A stretch of DNA of 64,000 bases from a virus: the IMG/VR virus record IMGVR_UViG_3300027782_000036; one strand, written 5' to 3'. Below are positions 47,665 through 58,213 of this stretch, in pieces. A model generated the notes under the pieces. It did not search any database and was not told the origin of the DNA. It saw nothing but the letters and a program-made list of their open reading frames with translations. The translations under genes and the position numbers were made by a program. Each line of letters begins with the position of its first letter. The stretch's first letter is position 1.

Positions 47665-48444
47665 ATGGCTACCGTAAACAACAGACAAACATTTAAAGAT
47701 TACTGCCTACGTAGATTAGGTTTCCCTGTAATCGAAATCAATGTGGACAATGATCAAGTTGAAGATCGTATAGACGATGCTCTTCAATATTGGACTGATT
47801 ATCACTATGATAGTCTTCAAAAATTCTATTACGCTAAACGATTAGATGCTACTGATATGACTAATCGTTATATCAATTTAGATCCTAGTGTTGTGGTCGA
47901 TAAAAGTAACAATTCACTTCAAGTTGTTGGTGTCACCAGAGTTTTTCCAATTCAAGATTCTCAATCAACAGTTAATATGTTTGACTTGAGATACCAATTA
48001 CGTCTTAATGAATTATATGATTTTACTTCAGCATCATATATCAACTATACAATGACACAACAACATTTACGTTCACTAGAATTATTATTTACTGGTGAAA
48101 TTCCTATTAGATATCAACGTCACATGAATAGACTTTATATTGATTGGAATTGGGGAACTGCAGGAGTTAGTGAAGGTTCAGTTATGGTTATGGAATGTTA
48201 TGCAGCTCTTAATCCGGATGTTTATTCGGCTATGTGGAATGACCGTTGGTTAAAAGAATACGCTACAGCACTTATTAAACGTGCTTGGGGAAATAATCTG
48301 AAAAAGTTTAGTGGTATGCAATTACCAGGTGGCGTATTAATGAATGGTGATAAAATCTATGAAGAAGCAGAAACAGAAATTAAAACATTAGAAAAAGAAA
48401 TGTTAGATAATTTTGGCGGCGTGCTAGAATTCTACCTCAACTAA
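47665..48444 (+). CDS. gp13: Neck protein gp13
   Basis: YCLRRLGFPVIEINVD..QVEDRIDDALQY; WLKEYATALIKRAWG.NL.KF.GMQLPGGV. Confidence 0.93.
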   Translation: MATVNNRQTFKDYCLRRLGFPVIEINVDNDQVEDRIDDALQYWTDYHYDSLQKFYYAKRLDATDMTNRYINLDPSVVVDKSNNSLQVVGVTRVFPIQDSQSTVNMFDLRYQLRLNELYDFTSASYINYTMTQQHLRSLELLFTGEIPIRYQRHMNRLYIDWNWGTAGVSEGSVMVMECYAALNPDVYSAMWNDRWLKEYATALIKRAWGNNLKKFSGMQLPGGVLMNGDKIYEEAETEIKTLEKEMLDNFGGVLEFYLN

Positions 48445-48456
48445 AGGGTAAGTTAA

Positions 48457-49341
48457 GTGCCAACCAGCGTATATTTTAATAACTACAACTCAAAGGCTGA
48501 ACAACGCCTTTATGAAGATGTGCTTGTCGAATCTATTAAAATTATGGGATTTGATGCTTACTATCTACCTAATGATAATGATCAAGCTCGTGATCTTCTT
48601 TTTGGTGAAGATCCTGTTAAGAAATTTGAATCATCATTTCCTTGTGAAATGTATCTATCTTCCGCACTTGAATATGCAGGTGATAAAGAATTCTTTTCAA
48701 AATTTGGTCTTGAAATTCGTAACAATGTTTCAGTTATTGTCTCTAAACGTTCATTCAATTTAAGAGTTCCACAAAATAGATTTACTAGACCACGTGAAGG
48801 TGATCTTATTTGGATACCATTTTTATATGGAACCGGTGAACTTTATGAAATTAAATTTGTAGATTCTACTAAAGATTTCTTTGCATTAGGTCGTGCTAAT
48901 CCATATTTCTATGAAATGCAACTTGAGAAATTTAAATATTCAAATGAAATTATTGATACTGGTATTTACAATATTGATCAAGTTTCTATAGAAGATTCAT
49001 ACACAATTAATCTATTAGTAGATGATGTAGAGGCTAATGCAATTAATTGGTTACTAAGAGAACTTGTATATCAAGGAACTAGTTATGAAACTGCTACTGT
49101 TGTTGGAACTGTTTCTAATTGGGATGCAGCTAATAATATATTACACGTAACAAATATTGCTGGTGAATTTAGAGCTAATGCTAATGTTATTGGTCAAACA
49201 TCAAATACAAGTATTAAACTATTATCATTTGATCCATTAGATGTCACATTAGCACGTGAAACTTACGATAATAAACTTATTAGAACCGAAGCAGATCAAA
49301 TTATTGACTTCTCAGAACAAAATCCATTTGGACCAATATAA
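48457..49341 (+). CDS. gp14: Neck protein gp14
   Basis: ESIKIMG.DAYYLP, FSKFGLEIR, RPREGDLI, DFSEQNPFG. Confidence 0.92.
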   Translation: MPTSVYFNNYNSKAEQRLYEDVLVESIKIMGFDAYYLPNDNDQARDLLFGEDPVKKFESSFPCEMYLSSALEYAGDKEFFSKFGLEIRNNVSVIVSKRSFNLRVPQNRFTRPREGDLIWIPFLYGTGELYEIKFVDSTKDFFALGRANPYFYEMQLEKFKYSNEIIDTGIYNIDQVSIEDSYTINLLVDDVEANAINWLLRELVYQGTSYETATVVGTVSNWDAANNILHVTNIAGEFRANANVIGQTSNTSIKLLSFDPLDVTLARETYDNKLIRTEADQIIDFSEQNPFGPI

Positions 49342-50339
49342 TGTCAACACCAACATATAATAGAGTTATAAGAAAAATGGTTGTAGCTTTTGGTAATGTT
49401 TTCAATAACATTACTTTAGTAAGATACAATCCAGATACTTCTGAAGCTGAGCGAATGAAAGTGCCTATTGCTTATGCAGGCAAAGAACGTTATGTGATGC
49501 GTTTACAAGATGATCCATATTTGGATAAAAAAGTTCAAACAACTTTACCTCGAATGTCGTTTGAAATGACTGGTATTCAATATGATTCATCAAGAAAACA
49601 ATTAACTAATATTAAAAACTTTGCCAAAGCATCTAATGCTGATACAGTATTATCTCAATACAATCCTGTTCCATATGACTTTGATTTTTCATTATTCATA
49701 TATGTAAGAAACGTTGAAGATGGTACTCAAATTATTGAACACATTTTACCATTTTTTACACCAGATTATACACTTAAAGTTAATTTAATTCCAGAAATGG
49801 GAGTTATAAAAAACATTCCTGTTTTATTAAAAAACACAGAATATGAAGTTAAATATGAAGGTGATCGTGAACAAGAAACTCGAACAGTTATTTGGACTTT
49901 AAATTTTACTGTTAAAGGTTTCATTTATGGTGCTATATCTGAACCTAAAATTATTAAAGCATCTTTCACAAATATTTTTGATGATTCATTATTAGGTCAA
50001 TCTCAAATTGAACTTAACATGGCAACAGGTGGTCTTGGTTCATATCAAGAAGGAGAGTTTGTTTATCAAGGATATTCTTTTGATACTGCAACTGCATCTG
50101 CAAGAGTTGTTACATGGAATAATGATACATTTAAATTAGTAATTGATAACTTAAATGGCAATTTTGTATCTTCAAAACCTTTATATGCAGCAAAAACAGG
50201 TGCAACTTATACAATACAATCAGCAATGTTACGTCCTGAACAATTAGTTAAAATTGTAGTAACTCCAAATCCACCCACTGCTAATGCTAGTGATAATTAT
50301 ACATATACGACAGTTATAACTGAATTCCCGGATATTTAA
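49341..50339 (+). CDS. gp15: Tail sheath stabiliser/terminator gp15
   Basis: AFGNVFNNI, KVPIAY, TLPRMSFE, QIIEHILPFFTP, WTLNFTVKG. Confidence 0.92.
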   Translation: MSTPTYNRVIRKMVVAFGNVFNNITLVRYNPDTSEAERMKVPIAYAGKERYVMRLQDDPYLDKKVQTTLPRMSFEMTGIQYDSSRKQLTNIKNFAKASNADTVLSQYNPVPYDFDFSLFIYVRNVEDGTQIIEHILPFFTPDYTLKVNLIPEMGVIKNIPVLLKNTEYEVKYEGDREQETRTVIWTLNFTVKGFIYGAISEPKIIKASFTNIFDDSLLGQSQIELNMATGGLGSYQEGEFVYQGYSFDTATASARVVTWNNDTFKLVIDNLNGNFVSSKPLYAAKTGATYTIQSAMLRPEQLVKIVVTPNPPTANASDNYTYTTVITEFPDI

Positions 50340-50344
50340 AAATC

Positions 50345-50797
50345 ATGTCTAAATTTGATGAAAATATGAGTGAAATATTTGATACTGATCCTATCAATAA
50401 ACAGATAGAACAATTACCAATAGTTCAAGAAGAACCTCAACTACTTGATGCTAAAGGTGTTGATAAGATTCTACAAGATGATCTAATGAAAGATTATGAA
50501 GCTTCTCGTAGAGCACTTCGAGATATTGTAAGCAAAGGTAATAATGCTATTGATGATATACTAGAGATTGCTAGAGAATCAGAACATCCAAGAGCTTTTG
50601 AAGTAGCAGCTACCATGATTAAAAACGTGGCAGAAGTCAATGAGAAATTAATCAATCTACAAAAACAAATGAAAGACATTACTGGTGCTAAAAATCAAGC
50701 ACAATTGAATGTGGGTAAGGCTGCAATATTTGTAGGTTCAACTGCTGAACTTTCTAAAATGATTAAGAATGAAATTAAAACTATAGATAATGAGTGA
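50345..50797 (+). CDS. gp16: Terminase small subunit gp16
   Basis: DYEASR, ARESEHPRAFEVA, FVGSTAEL. Confidence 0.92.
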   Translation: MSKFDENMSEIFDTDPINKQIEQLPIVQEEPQLLDAKGVDKILQDDLMKDYEASRRALRDIVSKGNNAIDDILEIARESEHPRAFEVAATMIKNVAEVNEKLINLQKQMKDITGAKNQAQLNVGKAAIFVGSTAELSKMIKNEIKTIDNE

Positions 50798-52466
50798 TAA
50801 AGAAACCTATCGGGACAACCCTCTACTCAAACGAGTAGGTATTAAGTATAACTTTTCACAAGAAGAAATTGCTGAGTATATTAAATGTTCACAAGATGCC
50901 GTTTACTTTGTTGAAAAATATATAAAGATTGTAAACGTTGATGAAGGTCTTATCCCATTTAAAATGTGGGACTTTCAAAGAAAGATGATAGCAACGTTTA
51001 GAGATAATCGTTTTGTTATCATGAAGATGCCTCGTCAGGTTGGTAAAACTACCACAACAGTAGGTTATCTTCTTTGGCATACACTATTTCAAGATTCACA
51101 GAACGTTGCTATTCTAGCCAATAAAGGTTCTTTAGCACGTGACATTCTTGCCAAGTATCAACTAGCTTATGAAAACTTACCTATCTGGTTGCAACAAGGT
51201 ATCGTAACATGGAATAAAGGTAATGTAGAATTAGAAAATGGTTCTAAGATTATATCTGCTTCGACATCATCAAGTGCGATTCGAGGAGGTTCTTTCAATC
51301 TAGTATTCTTAGATGAGTTTGCTTTCGTACCAACTAATATGGCGACCGAGTTTTTTAACTCAGTTTATCCTGTAATTTCTTCTGGTAAATCTACCAAGAT
51401 TTTTATCGTTTCTACACCAAACGGTATGAATTTGTTCTACAAGATGTGGAAAGATGCTGAAGAAAAGAAGAGTAGTTATGTACCACTTAATATTCATTGG
51501 TCGGATGTTCCAGGTCGTGATCAAAAATGGCGTGAAGAAACTATTCGTAATACCAGTGAAGACCAATTCAGACAAGAGTTTGAAACAGAGTTTTTAGGGT
51601 CTTCTAATACACTTATCTCTGGTCCTAAATTACAGTCTATGAGATATACAAATGCTTTAGGTAAGCACCAGGATATGGATATCTATGAACATCCGGTTAA
51701 AGAAAATGAAGATGGTTCCGTAAAAGACCATTTATATGCTATCTGTGTAGATGTGGCTGAGGGTAAACAACTAGATTCTTCAGCATTTACCGTGATAGAT
51801 GTATCGACCACACCATATAAATTTGTGGCCAAGTATAAGAGTGCGGCTATTTCACCTATACTTTTTCCTACCATTATTCATAATGCGGCTAGATATTATA
51901 ATAATGCTTACATTTTGGTTGAGATAAATAATAATCCACAGGTAGCAGAGATTCTACATTCTGACCTAGAGTATGAAAACTTAGTGAAGATTATGACGGG
52001 TAATAAGAAAGCTCAGCAGATTTCAGCTGGCTTTGGTAGAGGAGTGCAATTAGGTGTTCGTATGACACCTCTTGTTAAACGTGCCGGATGTTCTAATTTA
52101 AAAACATTAATAGAGTCCGACAAGTTATTAATTGAAGATTTTGATACTATATCTGAACTTTCAACTTTTGTAGCTGGTAGAAGTTCATATGAAGCAGAAG
52201 AAGGTGCTAATGACGATCTTGTTATGACCCTTGTTCTATTCGCTTGGATGACCACCCAAAAGTATTTTAAAGATATTGTATCTCATGACATACGAAAACA
52301 ATTACAATTACAGCATTTTTCACAAGTAGATGAAGAAATATTACCAGTTGGTGAACTAAATGATGGTTTGGATGTGCCTTTTGTAGTAGAAGATGGTGAT
52401 GTTTGGGTATCCGGTTCAGGTGAACCTTATGCTGAATATTTCAAAGATATAACAAAGGGTCTATAA
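50790..52466 (+). CDS. gp17: Terminase large subunit gp17
   Basis: Walker A PRQVGKTT, Walker B FLDEFAF, STPNG, FRQEFETEF, nuclease VDVAEG and NDDLVM. Confidence 0.96.
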   Translation: MSDKETYRDNPLLKRVGIKYNFSQEEIAEYIKCSQDAVYFVEKYIKIVNVDEGLIPFKMWDFQRKMIATFRDNRFVIMKMPRQVGKTTTTVGYLLWHTLFQDSQNVAILANKGSLARDILAKYQLAYENLPIWLQQGIVTWNKGNVELENGSKIISASTSSSAIRGGSFNLVFLDEFAFVPTNMATEFFNSVYPVISSGKSTKIFIVSTPNGMNLFYKMWKDAEEKKSSYVPLNIHWSDVPGRDQKWREETIRNTSEDQFRQEFETEFLGSSNTLISGPKLQSMRYTNALGKHQDMDIYEHPVKENEDGSVKDHLYAICVDVAEGKQLDSSAFTVIDVSTTPYKFVAKYKSAAISPILFPTIIHNAARYYNNAYILVEINNNPQVAEILHSDLEYENLVKIMTGNKKAQQISAGFGRGVQLGVRMTPLVKRAGCSNLKTLIESDKLLIEDFDTISELSTFVAGRSSYEAEEGANDDLVMTLVLFAWMTTQKYFKDIVSHDIRKQLQLQHFSQVDEEILPVGELNDGLDVPFVVEDGDVWVSGSGEPYAEYFKDITKGL

Positions 52467-52477
52467 AAGTTGCGATT

Positions 52478-52485
52478 CATAAATA
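52478..52485 (+). promoter_or_regulatory. Late promoter (CATAAATA) for gp18
   Basis: Intergenic NATAAATA upstream of the AAGGAG RBS. Confidence 0.7.
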
Positions 52486-52539
52486 CATGTATAGCAAAGT
52501 CTATATTCCCACATATTATAAAATTATAAGGAGAAAAAA

Positions 52540-54279
52540 ATGGGGTTTCAATTATCTCCAGGCGTAAATGTTTCTGAAATTGACTTAACCACGGTCATAC
52601 CTTCAGTTTCAACTACAGCCGGTGCCATTGTTGGTGAATTCGTTTGGGGTCCAGTAAACAAAAGAATTCTTGTTGATAGCGAAATAACACTCGTAAATCG
52701 TTTTGGTAAGCCTAATAGTAATACATACGTATCATTCCTAACCGCTGCTAACTTTTTAGCATATGGTAATAATCTTCGAGTTGTTCGTGTTGTTGATGAA
52801 GTTTTAGGTTCTTCAGCAAATAACGCAACATCACAAGGTGTTGGTAATTTAATTCAAAATGAAGATGATTACGAAAATAACTGGACAGCAAATACGTCTG
52901 CTTCTTTTGGTTCATTCTATGCAAGATATCCTGGTGATTTAGGTAATAATCTTGATGTTGTTGCTTGTGCTAACAGCGCAGCAACAGGTTTTTCTAGTTG
53001 GACATACACAAATGTTAATGGTGTTGTTGTTGATCTTTCTACATATTTTGACAGTGCTCCAGGTACTTCAATCTATGCTTCATCGGTTGGCGGTTCAAAT
53101 GACGAATTACATATTGCAGTTATCGATAGGACAGGTAAAATTTCAGGTGAAGTTGGTACAGTTTTAGAAACTTTTGCTCACGTATCAAAAGCATCAGATG
53201 CTAAAAATGATGATGGTTCACCAAACTATTATGTAACTAAAATCTTTAATAATTCACAATACATCTACATAGCTGCACATTGGGCAACAGGTTGGGGTGT
53301 ATCTGCTGTAGGTACAAACTTTGGTACTACTACACCTAATATAGAAAATTCACTAAGTGGTGGCCTTGATGGTAGCACAGGAACAGCTATTTCAGATGAA
53401 TATACATCAGGTTGGGATTTATTTGGTAGTGCTGAAGAAGTAGACGTATCACTTCTTCTTGGAGGTAATGCTTCTGAAGTGTCAGCCGCTTTACAAAATT
53501 ACATTGCTGATTTAGCTACAACACGTAAAGATTGTGTTGCTTTCTTATCACCAACTAGAGCTACTGTAGTTGACAATCCTGTTAATACTGCTGACGAACT
53601 TGTTACATATAGAAATAACACATTAACAATCAACAGTTCATATGCATTTATGGATTCTGGTTGGAAATACCAATTTGACAAATACAATAACGTTTATCGT
53701 TATGTACCACTCAATGGTGATACTGCTGGTCTATGTGTATATACAGATAACGTAAGAGATCCATGGTGGTCACCTGCTGGTTTCAATCGTGGTATTATTA
53801 AAAACGTTGTTAAACTAGCATGGAATCCAAATAAAACAGACAGAGATACAATCTATCCAGCTGGTATTAATCCTGTAGTTGCTTTCCCTGGTCAAGGTGT
53901 AGTCTTATTTGGTGACAAAACACTTCAAGCTAAACCATCTGCATTTGATCGTATCAATGTTCGTAGATTGTTTATTGTGCTTGAAAAAGCAATTGCTGTG
54001 GCTGCTAAATTTTCTCTCTTTGAATTCAATGATGAGTTTACACGTGCATCTTTCATTGCATTAGTAGAACCATTCTTGAGAGATGTTAAAGGTCGCCGTG
54101 GTATCTATGACTATAGAGTTGTTTGTGATACAACAAATAATACTCCACAAGTTATTGATTCTAATCAGTTTGTTGGTGACATCTATATCAAACCAGCACG
54201 TTCAATCAACTTTATCCAGTTGAACTTCATTGCTGTAAGAACAGGTGTTGAGTTTAGTGAAATCGTTGGGAAATTCTAA
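52540..54279 (+). CDS. gp18: Tail sheath protein gp18
   Basis: LSPGVNVSEIDLT, PWWSPAGFNRG, FDRINVRRLF, KPARSINFIQLNF. Confidence 0.96.
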   Translation: MGFQLSPGVNVSEIDLTTVIPSVSTTAGAIVGEFVWGPVNKRILVDSEITLVNRFGKPNSNTYVSFLTAANFLAYGNNLRVVRVVDEVLGSSANNATSQGVGNLIQNEDDYENNWTANTSASFGSFYARYPGDLGNNLDVVACANSAATGFSSWTYTNVNGVVVDLSTYFDSAPGTSIYASSVGGSNDELHIAVIDRTGKISGEVGTVLETFAHVSKASDAKNDDGSPNYYVTKIFNNSQYIYIAAHWATGWGVSAVGTNFGTTTPNIENSLSGGLDGSTGTAISDEYTSGWDLFGSAEEVDVSLLLGGNASEVSAALQNYIADLATTRKDCVAFLSPTRATVVDNPVNTADELVTYRNNTLTINSSYAFMDSGWKYQFDKYNNVYRYVPLNGDTAGLCVYTDNVRDPWWSPAGFNRGIIKNVVKLAWNPNKTDRDTIYPAGINPVVAFPGQGVVLFGDKTLQAKPSAFDRINVRRLFIVLEKAIAVAAKFSLFEFNDEFTRASFIALVEPFLRDVKGRRGIYDYRVVCDTTNNTPQVIDSNQFVGDIYIKPARSINFIQLNFIAVRTGVEFSEIVGKF

Positions 54280-54285
54280 TAAATA
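54278..54285 (+). promoter_or_regulatory. Late promoter (AATAAATA) for gp19
   Basis: Overlaps the gp18 stop, upstream of the AGGAG RBS. Confidence 0.65.
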
Positions 54286-54304
54286 GAATAATAGGAGAAA
54301 AAAC

Positions 54305-54844
54305 ATGGCATTTAATGTAACAGAATTTAGAGCAAATCTTTTAGGAGATGGTGCTCGTCCAAATCTGTTCCAGGTTTCGTTAACCTTCCCAGCAGTTGCT
54401 AATTCACCCGTAGCAGGTCAAAGACTTTCTTTCCTTGCTAAGACAGCACAGTTGCCAGGTTCAACAGTTGGAACAGCACCATTGTATTACTTTGGTCGTG
54501 AACTTAAATTTGCAGGCAATAGATCCTTCCCGGATTGGTCTATTACAATTATTAACGATGAAGATTTCAATGTGCGTAATGCATTTGAATCATGGATGGA
54601 TGCTTTAAACAGCCATTCTCTCAACGTTAGAAATCCAGCTGCATTTAATCAGTTGTTATATACAGCTGATGCTAAGGTTACACAGTTTAGTAAAACTGGT
54701 GCACCATTAAAAACTTATAACTTTGTAGGTTTATTCCCAACAGATGTATCACCAATCGAACTTGATTGGGGAACAAATGATAGTATTGAAGAGTTTAGTG
54801 TTACACTAGCTTATCAATTCTGGGAATCTGATACTACTAGTTAA
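54305..54844 (+). CDS. gp19: Tail tube protein gp19
   Basis: GARPNLFQV, AQLPGS, GRELKFAGNR, FPTDVSPIELDW, IEEFSVT. Confidence 0.95.
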   Translation: MAFNVTEFRANLLGDGARPNLFQVSLTFPAVANSPVAGQRLSFLAKTAQLPGSTVGTAPLYYFGRELKFAGNRSFPDWSITIINDEDFNVRNAFESWMDALNSHSLNVRNPAAFNQLLYTADAKVTQFSKTGAPLKTYNFVGLFPTDVSPIELDWGTNDSIEEFSVTLAYQFWESDTTS

Positions 54845-54865
54845 TATTATGTTATATTACGTATT

Positions 54866-54901
54866 AGGGGAAGACTTAGGTCTTTCCCCTTTATACATTT
54901 T
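54866..54901 (+). terminator. Probable intrinsic terminator after gp19
   Basis: AGGGGAAGAC-TTAG-GTCTTTCCCCT hairpin (one bulge) followed by T-rich sequence. Confidence 0.7.
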
Positions 54902-54922
54902 GACACTTGAAGGAGTATAATT

Positions 54923-56587
54923 TTGGCATTTTCACTTTTTGGTTTTCAAATTTCACGTCAAGAAGACGATGAAAATAAAGCTTCTCAACAGTCTTTTGTA
55001 CCGCCACCTAATGATGACGGTGCTCTTACCATTTCTCAAGCCGCATACTACGGCACATATGTTGATTTAGACGGTACCGCTAAGAATGAGGTTGAACTCA
55101 TCGGTCGTTATCGTGAAATGGCCATGCAACCAGAAGTTGAATCAGCTATTGAAGACATTGTAAATGAAGCCATTGTTCAAGATGATGATGGAACTTCTAC
55201 TAAAATTGTTTTAGATAAATTAGAACAATCAGATAAGATTAAAAAAGCAATTGAGAATGAGTTTAATACTATTTTAAAACTTCTCAATTATAACAATATG
55301 TCACAAGACATATTCAAACGATACTATATTGATGGTCGTCTATTTTATCAAATTATGGTAGATAAAGATAATCCAATAACTGGTATTAAAGAATTAAGAT
55401 ATATTGACCCACGAAAGATTCGTAAGATTCGTGAAGTTAAAAAAGATAAAGACCCACGTAGTGGTGTTGAATTGATGAATGTAGTTAATGAATACTACAT
55501 CTTTAATGACAAATCAATTAATGGTTCACAAAGTAATTATGGACCAGTAGGAGCTAGAATTGCAAAAGATGCTATTATTAATGTCAATTCTGGTCTTATG
55601 GATTCTCGTAGAGCATCAGTTTTATCCTACTTACATAAAGCTATTAAACCTCTCAATCAATTAAGAATGATTGAAGATGCGGTTGTTATTTACCGTATCT
55701 CTAGAGCCCCAGAAAGACGTATATTCTACATCGATGTAGGTAATCTACCTAAGATGAAGGCGGAACAATACCTCCGTGACATTATGGTCAAGTATAAAAA
55801 CAAACTTGTCTATGATGCTAACACAGGTGAAGTTCGTGACGACCGTAAGTTCCTTTCAATGATGGAAGACTTTTGGTTACCACGTAGAGAAGGTGGTAAA
55901 GGTACAGAAATTCAAACATTACCAGGTGGTCAAAACCTTGGTGAGTTGGAAGATGTAAAATACTTTGAGAAGAAACTTTATAAGTGTCTCAATGTGCCTA
56001 TCTCAAGACTAGAACAAAGCACTGCTTTTTCTATTGGTCGTGCCACTGAAATTACTAGAGATGAATTAAAGTTTTCTAAATTTGTATCTAAATTAAGAAA
56101 CAAGTTTACCGAATTATTTGATCATGCTTTAAGAGTTCAATGTGTTCTTAAAGGTATTTGTACCGATGAAGAATGGACTGAATTTAAAGAACAAATCTAT
56201 TATGATTTTATTAAAGATAATAACTTTGCTGAACTTAAAGATGCAGAATTATTAAGAGAAAGATTAACTTTATTATCATCAATTGATGCTTATACTGGCC
56301 GTTACTATTCTATGGATTGGATCCGCCGTAACGTATTAAGATTCAATGATGATGATATTCAAAAGATTGATGCTGAAATTAAAAAAGAACGTAAAGATGG
56401 TATTCCTATGCCGGCTGATATGCCATATATTGGTGTAGAAATCGAAGGAAATGGTAAAGCTGCACAGTCACCAACCATGACACAAGCTATGCCTGAAGCA
56501 CCACCTGGACAACCACAGGACACTGGCGGTGGAGATTTAAATCTTAAAGAAGAAAATAAAATCTCTAGACTTACCAAAGTAATATAA
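54923..56587 (+). CDS. gp20: Portal protein gp20
   Basis: TTG start with AAGGAG RBS; YRISRAPERRIFYIDVGNLPK, EDFWLPRREGGKGTEI. Confidence 0.96.
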   Translation: MAFSLFGFQISRQEDDENKASQQSFVPPPNDDGALTISQAAYYGTYVDLDGTAKNEVELIGRYREMAMQPEVESAIEDIVNEAIVQDDDGTSTKIVLDKLEQSDKIKKAIENEFNTILKLLNYNNMSQDIFKRYYIDGRLFYQIMVDKDNPITGIKELRYIDPRKIRKIREVKKDKDPRSGVELMNVVNEYYIFNDKSINGSQSNYGPVGARIAKDAIINVNSGLMDSRRASVLSYLHKAIKPLNQLRMIEDAVVIYRISRAPERRIFYIDVGNLPKMKAEQYLRDIMVKYKNKLVYDANTGEVRDDRKFLSMMEDFWLPRREGGKGTEIQTLPGGQNLGELEDVKYFEKKLYKCLNVPISRLEQSTAFSIGRATEITRDELKFSKFVSKLRNKFTELFDHALRVQCVLKGICTDEEWTEFKEQIYYDFIKDNNFAELKDAELLRERLTLLSSIDAYTGRYYSMDWIRRNVLRFNDDDIQKIDAEIKKERKDGIPMPADMPYIGVEIEGNGKAAQSPTMTQAMPEAPPGQPQDTGGGDLNLKEENKISRLTKVI

Positions 56588-56590
56588 ATA
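56583..56590 (+). promoter_or_regulatory. T4 late promoter TATAAATA
   Basis: Exact consensus overlapping the gp20 stop. Confidence 0.75.
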
Positions 56591-56618
56591 ACTTAATAAT
56601 CAATCGGAGATTAATAAA

Positions 56619-57173
56619 ATGACAGACCCAAGACAAATTATCGATTACGCAGCTGACGGAGACGCAGTAGGAGTTCGTGAGACAATGTATTCAGCACTCT
56701 ATGACCGTGTAACAGCAGCTATTGAAGCTAAAAAACAAGAAGTTGGCGCTACATTAGTTGGTGGTATGCCACTTGCTACAGAAGAAACACAACTTGATGA
56801 TGATGTTTCGGACATTCTTGATGAAGCTGAAAAATGCGATAGTGAAGAAGATCATGAAGACGCAGCACAAGATAAAAAAATGATGACTGGTGTTGCTACA
56901 AAAGTGGCTAAAAAAGAAGTAAAAGGCCATGAAACACGTATGCATAAAGAAGACGAAGACCTAGAAGAAGGTATTGTTAAAAAAGTAGGAGACACTTTAG
57001 AAAAAGGTGCTGATGCTCTTGGTGATGCAGGTAACGCAATTGGTTCATTAGCTGGTAAAGCTTTAGGTGGCATTTCTAAAACTGTTGGTGTAATTAGACA
57101 AACTCCAGCAGCTGTAGGCATGGCATATAATAAAGGCCGTGTAGGCGCACAAAAATCTATTGCCGGAAAATAA
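56619..57173 (+). CDS. Prohead core protein, gp67-like, with C-terminal extension
   Basis: Position after portal; helical N-terminus (DRVTAAIEAKKQEVG); acidic middle. Confidence 0.55.
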   Translation: MTDPRQIIDYAADGDAVGVRETMYSALYDRVTAAIEAKKQEVGATLVGGMPLATEETQLDDDVSDILDEAEKCDSEEDHEDAAQDKKMMTGVATKVAKKEVKGHETRMHKEDEDLEEGIVKKVGDTLEKGADALGDAGNAIGSLAGKALGGISKTVGVIRQTPAAVGMAYNKGRVGAQKSIAGK

Positions 57174-57649
57174 TGAAATTACTAAGTGACTTTGTTGTAT
57201 CAGACACAATTGCAGAAGAGATCGAAGAGTTAGAAGAAGTAAAATCTAAATCTAGACCACAAGATCCTCCTGCAATTTTGGTCATGCGTAGGAAGTCTGT
57301 TAGACAATTTCCTAATGGACAAAGGGTTGCTTTGTATTTTGTAGATAAGTTAAAAAAGTTTGTAACTATACCTTATGATGATGAAAGTGTGAGTATTTCA
57401 CCTAATATGTCAATGGTTAAAGAAGATGTAATGAATCATTTAAATGATATTGTTACTTCTGGTACAGGTAAAAGAATTAGTTTTAAAGATGGTTCATCTG
57501 TTAAAGTAGACCGACAAACTGCTCATGCAGTGTTAAAAGTTCACGGTGCTTTAAATGATGAAAATAAAGAGAAAGTTAAAGACATGGCACATAAGAGTAA
57601 ACAACATTTTATGAAAGTTGTTGACTTTGCCTGGAAGCATACAAAATAG
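57173..57649 (+). CDS. Putative prohead core protein (gp68-like position)
   Basis: Between portal and protease; Glu-rich N-terminus with I/L-x-E sites; FKDGSSVKVD motif. Confidence 0.5.
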   Translation: MKLLSDFVVSDTIAEEIEELEEVKSKSRPQDPPAILVMRRKSVRQFPNGQRVALYFVDKLKKFVTIPYDDESVSISPNMSMVKEDVMNHLNDIVTSGTGKRISFKDGSSVKVDRQTAHAVLKVHGALNDENKEKVKDMAHKSKQHFMKVVDFAWKHTK

Positions 57650-57659
57650 AGGATAAAAA

Positions 57660-58202
57660 ATGGCAAATCAATTTACATATCAAGTAATAAAAGATACGAA
57701 TACTCATTCTGTAATTAAACTTACAGGATTTTTTGATGGTTCATCTGGTGATGAATCAAATACAAAACGAATTGTAGCTAATTCACTTTTTGGAGCTTTA
57801 GATAGTTCAAAGGCAAATCTTTTATCTTCAACATCAAATACCGGCGCTAATAATTACTACGGTTTATCTGTAAGTAAAGTTTGGTATAATTGTGCCGCTT
57901 CTGGTACTGGACATGTCCGTTTATATTGGACTGCTGATACTAAACAAACTATTTTAGGTTTTGGTAACGGTTCAGGTGTATATAACGATAATGGTAATAT
58001 GATTACAATTCCAAATTCATCACGTGGCACATCAAATGCAAATGGTAATATTGGTATTGAAACGTATGGTATTGGTTCTGTAGCTAACTCAATATACAAT
58101 GTTATTATTGAATTACGTAAAGATAACTATGAGTATAGCCGTGGTCAGGACAGAGATCCTGGCGCATTTAACTATGGTCCTGACTATACTATTAGACCAT
58201 AA
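57660..58202 (+). CDS. Hypothetical protein in the head-assembly cluster
   Basis: 180-aa beta-rich ORF with GAGG RBS, immediately before gp21. Confidence 0.6.
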   Translation: MANQFTYQVIKDTNTHSVIKLTGFFDGSSGDESNTKRIVANSLFGALDSSKANLLSSTSNTGANNYYGLSVSKVWYNCAASGTGHVRLYWTADTKQTILGFGNGSGVYNDNGNMITIPNSSRGTSNANGNIGIETYGIGSVANSIYNVIIELRKDNYEYSRGQDRDPGAFNYGPDYTIRP

Positions 58203-58213
58203 GAGAGACAACT

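Noticed and set aside
54900-54921. TTGACA and TATAAT upstream of gp20
   Set aside because: The spacer is only 10 nt and contains the RBS, so it is not a sigma70 promoter.
1188-58099. Many short minus-strand and alternate-frame ORFs in the track
   Set aside because: They are nested in long, well-supported + strand genes and mirror their codon bias (Pro/Val-rich antisense of Gly codons, Leu/Val/Gln-rich shifted frames).
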